Below, one piece after another: positions 59,247 to 64,000 of a stretch of DNA of 64,000 nt. Source of the DNA: an uncultured Clostridia bacterium (GTDB lineage Bacteria; Bacillota; Clostridia; TANB77; CAG-508). Where the stretch lies: NCBI GenBank assembly GCA_944389225.1, contig CALXLP010000002.1, positions 30,658-94,657 on the forward strand, given 5' to 3'. A model generated the notes under the pieces. That model did no database searches, was not told where the DNA came from, and saw nothing but the letters and a program-made list of their open reading frames with translations. A program made the position numbers and the translations under genes. Numbering within the stretch: position 1 is the stretch's first letter; every line of letters begins with the position of its first letter.

Positions 59247-61034
59247 ATGAACACAAAAAATATGGAATTAGAAAAGCCATTAGATAAAGTAACTTTATTG
59301 GGTGTAGAATTACAACCTAAAGAAGAAGTAAATGATAAAAAAGAAGCATCTCATTCTCAAGAAAAAATATCTACTGAAAAGAAAAATTCTCTTTCCAAAG
59401 AAGATATAAACACAGAGAAAAAAGACTCTTATTCTGAAGAAGAAACTAATACTGTGAAAAGCGATTTTCTTCCTCAAGAAGAAACAAATAATAAACATAA
59501 ATCATTTTCTCCTAAGGAAGAAAAGACTATTGAAAAAAGAGAATTTCATCCAGTAGAAAATTATCATCCTGAAAATGATAGACATTTACATTCTACAGGT
59601 ATACGCATTTTGGGATTTAGTATTTTACTTTTTATTATTTTATTATGTATTGCATTTTTGATATTTACGTTTGTAAATAGTAAAAATAAAAATATTATTT
59701 CTGGAATCAGTATAAAAGGTGTTGATGTTTCTGGCCTATCAACAGAAGAAGCAAAAGAAACAATACAAAATTATATTAATGAAAATCTACCAGAAAACAT
59801 CAATTTAGTGCATAATGAATATGAAACAAGTATTCCACTTTCTGCTCTTAATGTTAATTTTGATATTGATTCTGCTGTTGAGCAAGCATATGAAACTGGT
59901 AAATCTGGTAATATATTTGAGAACAGTTTTACAGCTTTGAAAACATGGATAAATCCTATGGATATAGAACTTACAGCAACTTTAGATGAAGAACAATTAA
60001 GAACTGCTTTAAATGATATTTCATCTAAGCTACCTGATACAGTTATTGAAAGTGGTTATTATATAGAAGGTAATAATTTAATCGTTACCCGTGGTTCTGA
60101 AGGTAATGTGGTAAATGTAGACCAAATGTGTACATATATAAAAAATGGTATTTCGAATTTAACATTAAAAAACAGAACTTTAGATATTGCTACCGTTTCT
60201 AAACAACCTTCTGAAATTAATATCGAAAAAATTTATAATGAAATATATAAAGAACCTGTTGATGCTTATTACACGCAAGATCCTTTTGCAGTTTATCCTT
60301 CAGAAAATGGTTTGGATTTTGCTATATCTTTAGATGAAGCTAAAGATATGTTATCAGAAGAAAAATCCGAATATGTCATACCTTTACAAACACTGTATCC
60401 TAATGTAACAACGAATATGATTGGTACAGAAGCATTTCCAGATATGCTTTCAACATATTCTACTAGATATTCTACAAGTGATAGAGATAGAACAACCAAT
60501 TTACAACTAGCTGCTTCAAAAATTAATGGTACAGTTTTAATGCCTGGTGAAACATTCTCATATAATCAAGTTGTAGGAGAAAGAACAATTGCTGCAGGCT
60601 ATAAAGAAGCTCCTATATATGTTGAAGGTGAAGTTGTTGATGGATTAGGTGGTGGAATTTGTCAAATTACTTCTACATTATATAATGCTGTTTTATATGC
60701 AAATTTGGAAATTGTAGAAAGAAGTAATCACCAATTTGTTCCATCATATGTGACAGCAAGTAGAGATGCTACAGTTGTATATGGTTCAATTGATTTTAAA
60801 TTTAAAAATAACAGAGATTATCCTATCAAAATAGTATGTTCTGTTTCAGGCGGAATTGCTAGATTTGATATATATGGTTTAAGAACAGATAATGAATATG
60901 AAGTTGAAATTTCTTCATATGTAACTGGTAGTACGGCTGATTCTACTTATTCAGAAGCTTACAGAATCTTAAAGCAAAATGGTCAAGTCGTTAGTACAGA
61001 ACTATTATCAAAAGATACATATAAAAGACATTAA
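59247..61034 (+). CDS. VanW-family protein with an N-terminal charged repeat region and a TM anchor
   Basis: 595 aa with the TM helix ILGFSILLFIILLCIAFLIF. The C-terminal VanW core reads TTNLQLAASKINGTVLMPGETFSYNQVVGERT...GGGICQITSTLYNA. Confidence 0.85.
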   Translation: MNTKNMELEKPLDKVTLLGVELQPKEEVNDKKEASHSQEKISTEKKNSLSKEDINTEKKDSYSEEETNTVKSDFLPQEETNNKHKSFSPKEEKTIEKREFHPVENYHPENDRHLHSTGIRILGFSILLFIILLCIAFLIFTFVNSKNKNIISGISIKGVDVSGLSTEEAKETIQNYINENLPENINLVHNEYETSIPLSALNVNFDIDSAVEQAYETGKSGNIFENSFTALKTWINPMDIELTATLDEEQLRTALNDISSKLPDTVIESGYYIEGNNLIVTRGSEGNVVNVDQMCTYIKNGISNLTLKNRTLDIATVSKQPSEINIEKIYNEIYKEPVDAYYTQDPFAVYPSENGLDFAISLDEAKDMLSEEKSEYVIPLQTLYPNVTTNMIGTEAFPDMLSTYSTRYSTSDRDRTTNLQLAASKINGTVLMPGETFSYNQVVGERTIAAGYKEAPIYVEGEVVDGLGGGICQITSTLYNAVLYANLEIVERSNHQFVPSYVTASRDATVVYGSIDFKFKNNRDYPIKIVCSVSGGIARFDIYGLRTDNEYEVEISSYVTGSTADSTYSEAYRILKQNGQVVSTELLSKDTYKRH

Positions 61035-61050
61035 CTAAAAAATGGTCATT

Positions 61051-61097
61051 GGGGACGTGTCAAACTGGACAAAAAATGTCTAATTTGACACGTCCCT
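61051..61097. repeat. Full palindromic copy of the GGGGACGT...GGAC repeat, between convergent vanW and ypeB
   Basis: ggggacgtgtcaaactggac aaaaaat gtctaatttgacacgtccc. The outer 13 bp (gggacgtgtcaaa / tttgacacgtccc) pair perfectly. Confidence 0.8.
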
Positions 61098-61103
61098 AAT
61101 AGA

Positions 61104-62519
61104 TTACATCGTTAAAATTCCATTTCCTGTGTCTGTTATGATTAATATATCTTCTTCTCTTCCATTTTCTGCATTGATATATACTAAAAATTCCTTATCA
61201 TTTACTTTTCCTTTAAATTCATAACATAAGATTTCTGTTTGCCATTCTGTCGGAATAATAGCCATTCTTTCACTTGTTAATTCTAATTTTGGATTTAAAT
61301 TTTCTTTTGCTTGTTCACTTGTAATTTGTATATTATTAATATCTCTTTCTGTATGATTATTTAAATATCCTGTTGTTTCAATTCCTAATATTTCTCCATT
61401 ATCTAAAGCTACTTTTACTTTGATTAAGTCTGGATATGCAATGACATCACCTTGTTTGTAGGCATAATTGATTGTTGTAATTCCTTCTTGCGTGATATAG
61501 TAAGTTTCTTGCATATTGCTAAATCCTCTATTTTCTAAGAATTCTTTTCCTTTTTGTGTTGCTTCTTCTTGTGATAAAATTTCTGCATTTACTTCTCTAT
61601 TTGTATTCATATAAATTACATGTCCACCTTTTTGAGAAATGGAAATATTGATATTTTCATCATTGTTTCCCGTGATAGAAAATGTATAAGATGGAATAGT
61701 TGCATTTTCTGATAATCCTAAACTAGATATTTCTTTAATTTTATCTTTTCCAACAAATTCTTCTACAAGCCCTTTTGCTGTATTTTCATCTATATCTTCT
61801 CCAGTTAATCCTTTTTTCTCTGTACTTGTCATATGCTCTGAATAAGCTCCATCATAAATTAAACCAGAATATTCATGGAAGTTTTCCTCTAAATTACTAA
61901 AACTTTCTTTTGATATATTATCTACTTGTTGCGCAAATGCTACGGTTCCTTTTTTCGTTAATTCTCCCCATTCAAATCTTCCACTATTTAAATCTTCTGA
62001 TAGTTGATTTAATGTATTTTCCAACTCAGTACTATAAGAATGTAATTCTTCAAGATTTGCTAAGTCCTCTTCTGTTAGGCTTTCATTATATATATTTTTT
62101 CTGGATAAAGAGTAACTATAATCACTTACTTGATTTAAAAACTTTTCTGTATTTTCTAATTCTTGGCTTTCTACTGGTAACATACTCAAATAACTTTGTG
62201 CTAAATTTGCTTCTCTCCAAAGATTTGTTAATGTTTCTGCACCATGTTCTGGTGTTGTAGAAATTAAAGATTTTGCCAAATATGTCTCTACATTCTGTAC
62301 ATAATCCACTAATTCAAAAAATGCCATATTATATGAATTTTCTGATGCTTGCCTATATTCTCTTTGTTTTTTGTATAAAATCATTCCTAATATAGCAACT
62401 ACAATTAAAAGAACGACAATGATACTAAGCATATGCCCCTTTTTTAATCTTTCTTTCCATTCTACTAATTTATTCATTCTTTTCCTTCCTTTCATTATTG
62501 ATAAAGTCTCTATATACAT
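61104..62519 (-). CDS. ypeB: Germination protein YpeB
   Basis: 471 aa with an N-terminal TM and C-terminal PepSY-like repeats. It lies immediately downstream of sleB, the canonical sleB-ypeB operon arrangement. Confidence 0.85.
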   Translation of the reverse strand: MYIETLSIMKGRKRMNKLVEWKERLKKGHMLSIIVVLLIVVAILGMILYKKQREYRQASENSYNMAFFELVDYVQNVETYLAKSLISTTPEHGAETLTNLWREANLAQSYLSMLPVESQELENTEKFLNQVSDYSYSLSRKNIYNESLTEEDLANLEELHSYSTELENTLNQLSEDLNSGRFEWGELTKKGTVAFAQQVDNISKESFSNLEENFHEYSGLIYDGAYSEHMTSTEKKGLTGEDIDENTAKGLVEEFVGKDKIKEISSLGLSENATIPSYTFSITGNNDENINISISQKGGHVIYMNTNREVNAEILSQEEATQKGKEFLENRGFSNMQETYYITQEGITTINYAYKQGDVIAYPDLIKVKVALDNGEILGIETTGYLNNHTERDINNIQITSEQAKENLNPKLELTSERMAIIPTEWQTEILCYEFKGKVNDKEFLVYINAENGREEDILIITDTGNGILTM

Positions 62520-62555
62520 ATATCAAAAACTTTATTTTTGCCAACGCATACCTTT

Positions 62556-63086
62556 TTATTTACAAAATCTATGCTTTCCTATTGTAATGACATGTGGTCT
62601 TGACCATATCCAACTATTTGTTGCTGTATCTGGATTAAAATAATATACACAACCTCCTGTCGGATCCCAACCATTTAAAGCATCTTGTGCCGCTTTATAT
62701 ACGGTAGAATTTTCATCAATTGGTGCATTTATTTGTCCATCTGCTACTGCTGTAAAAGCCCCTGATTGATAAATGACACCTGAAATAGAATTGGGAAATC
62801 GAGAGTCTTTTACTCGATTTAGGATAACTGCTCCAACGGCTACTTGTCCCTCATATGGTTCCCCTCTTGCTTCTCCGTTAATCGCTCTTGCCATCAATTG
62901 AACATCTGATGCATGAGAACTTGCTGCATAACTGGTATTTTGTTTTGAATTATTTTTGCTAAAAGTTACAAAAATAATGAAAGTTATTACAAATATAATA
63001 AATATAGTTAAGATTTTAACAATATTTTTCAAATCATCACCTCTAATACAAATATATTTTTTTACCTGTTTTTCGTTATGCTTCAT
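62556..63086 (-). CDS. sleB: Spore cortex-lytic enzyme, SleB family (catalytic domain only)
   Basis: 176 aa. It has ARAINGEARGEPYEGQVAVGAVILNRVKDSRFPNSISGVIYQSGAFTAV, the Hydrolase_2/SleB core. Confidence 0.85.
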   Translation of the reverse strand: MKHNEKQVKKYICIRGDDLKNIVKILTIFIIFVITFIIFVTFSKNNSKQNTSYAASSHASDVQLMARAINGEARGEPYEGQVAVGAVILNRVKDSRFPNSISGVIYQSGAFTAVADGQINAPIDENSTVYKAAQDALNGWDPTGGCVYYFNPDTATNSWIWSRPHVITIGKHRFCK

Positions 63087-63240
63087 TAATAGATATATTT
63101 TCTATCATTATTTTTTCTTTTTTATAAAAATTTATTCCATTTTTTGAAATTTTATTATATTTATGTTAAAATTGAACTACAAAATAATATAATGAAGAGA
63201 AGTAATTTATTTTCTCATTATTTCTTAAAAGGAGATTATC

Positions 63241-64000
63241 ATGAAAATTTTAATTTTTTATGCATCTTATGGTGGTGGACATTTGAATGCTGCTAAATCT
63301 ATTCATGAATGTTTAAAAAATGATTATAAAGATAAAAACATAGATGTAGAATTAATAGATTGTGTAAAATATGTTAATAAAACCATAGAAAAAATGACAA
63401 CAAAAGCCTATAATGAAATGGCAAAAAAAATGCCTTGGGCTTGGGGAAGAATTTATTCTGATTCTCAAAAAGGACCACTTGCTCATATTACTAGTAGATC
63501 TAATAAAATTATGGCCATTAAACTATTAAGACTTTTAAGAGAAAAACAACCTGATTTAATTATTTCTACACATCCTTTTGGAAGCCAAATGTGTAGTTAT
63601 TTAAAAAGAAAAGGTAAAATCTCTGCAAAAATTGCAACCATTATGACTGATTTTGCGCCACATGATCAATGGTTAGTTGGTTCAGATTATACAGATTACT
63701 ATTTTGTCGCCCATGAAAATATGAAAAAATACTTAAAAAGAAAAGGTATTCCAGATTCTAAAATATTTGCAACAGGAATTCCTTTATCTAGTAGATTTTT
63801 AAAAAATTTTGATAAAGAAAAAATCTTTAATGAATTAAATTTAAATCCAGATAAAAAAACAATTCTATTTTTTGGTGGAGGTGAATTTGGATTAGGAAAA
63901 ACGAGAACAGTTGAAATTTTTGAAGGATTTGTAAAATATTGCAAAGATATGCAAATCATAGCTATTAGTGGAAAAAATGAAAAAATGAAAGCAGCTTTTG
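63241..64000 (+). CDS. MGDG-synthase-like / UgtP-like diacylglycerol glycosyltransferase, 3' end cut by the window edge
   Basis: ATG at 63241 follows an RBS (aaaggaga). It translates MKILIFYASYGGGHLNAAKSIHE...STHPFGSQM...MTDFAPHDQW...FFGGGEFGLGK. The ORF is not in the track because it runs off the window. Confidence 0.8.
   Translation, partial: MKILIFYASYGGGHLNAAKSIHECLKNDYKDKNIDVELIDCVKYVNKTIEKMTTKAYNEMAKKMPWAWGRIYSDSQKGPLAHITSRSNKIMAIKLLRLLREKQPDLIISTHPFGSQMCSYLKRKGKISAKIATIMTDFAPHDQWLVGSDYTDYYFVAHENMKKYLKRKGIPDSKIFATGIPLSSRFLKNFDKEKIFNELNLNPDKKTILFFGGGEFGLGKTRTVEIFEGFVKYCKDMQIIAISGKNEKMKAAF

Noticed and set aside
59300-59560. Imperfect tandem repeats (EKKxSxSxEExNTxK) at the N terminus of the VanW protein, considered as a separate feature.
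   Set aside because: This is a low-complexity charged cytoplasmic tail within a continuous ORF. The repeats are too degenerate at the DNA level to suggest an independent element.

Overview
This is a very AT-rich chromosomal segment (about 25-30 % GC by eye) from an endospore-forming Firmicute of clostridial type. Nearly all genes are on the minus strand.

Recognisable core genes:
- 5' end: htpX (partial), tatD, acpS, a WG-repeat protein and spoIIE.
- Cell-shape block: radC-mreB-mreC-mreD-PBP2-minC, followed by mecA and an M23 peptidase.
- Spore genes: a CotF-like pair, an unannotated alpha/beta SASP, and sleB-ypeB.
- Others: pcrA, a ZIP transporter, prfA, a YhaO/YhaN-like nuclease/ATPase pair, ddl-murF, vanW and an MGDG-synthase-like glycosyltransferase (partial).

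Accessory content:
1. A 20-kb island (7.9-28.0 kb) holds two tandem copies of a two-gene module of giant surface proteins (1643/1807 aa and 1325/1801 aa). They have non-LPXTG sorting-like signals, and no sortase is in view.
2. A four-gene operon encodes a J-domain protein, two unknown proteins and a VirD4/TraG-type coupling protein.
3. One GC-richer, apparently foreign gene lies at 58.0-58.7 kb.

Most striking observation: four otherwise intact genes (mreB, the ZIP transporter, the SbcD/YhaO-like nuclease and the coupling protein) are each broken at the same junction. It is an in-frame CGG followed by A, where skipping the C and reading GGA (Gly) restores conserved protein sequence. In my manual scan these are the only in-frame CGG codons in native-composition genes. 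The candidates are programmed +1 frameshifting (4-base decoding) or a systematic sequence artefact.

Other unexplained structure:
- Three unrelated long perfect inverted repeats (23, 38 and 22 bp) each enclose a GC-rich 90-160-nt core in an intergenic region. They could be invertible switches or structured RNAs.
- A dispersed GGGGACGT...GGAC intergenic repeat family has four copies.

No rRNA, tRNA, CRISPR array or transposase was seen.
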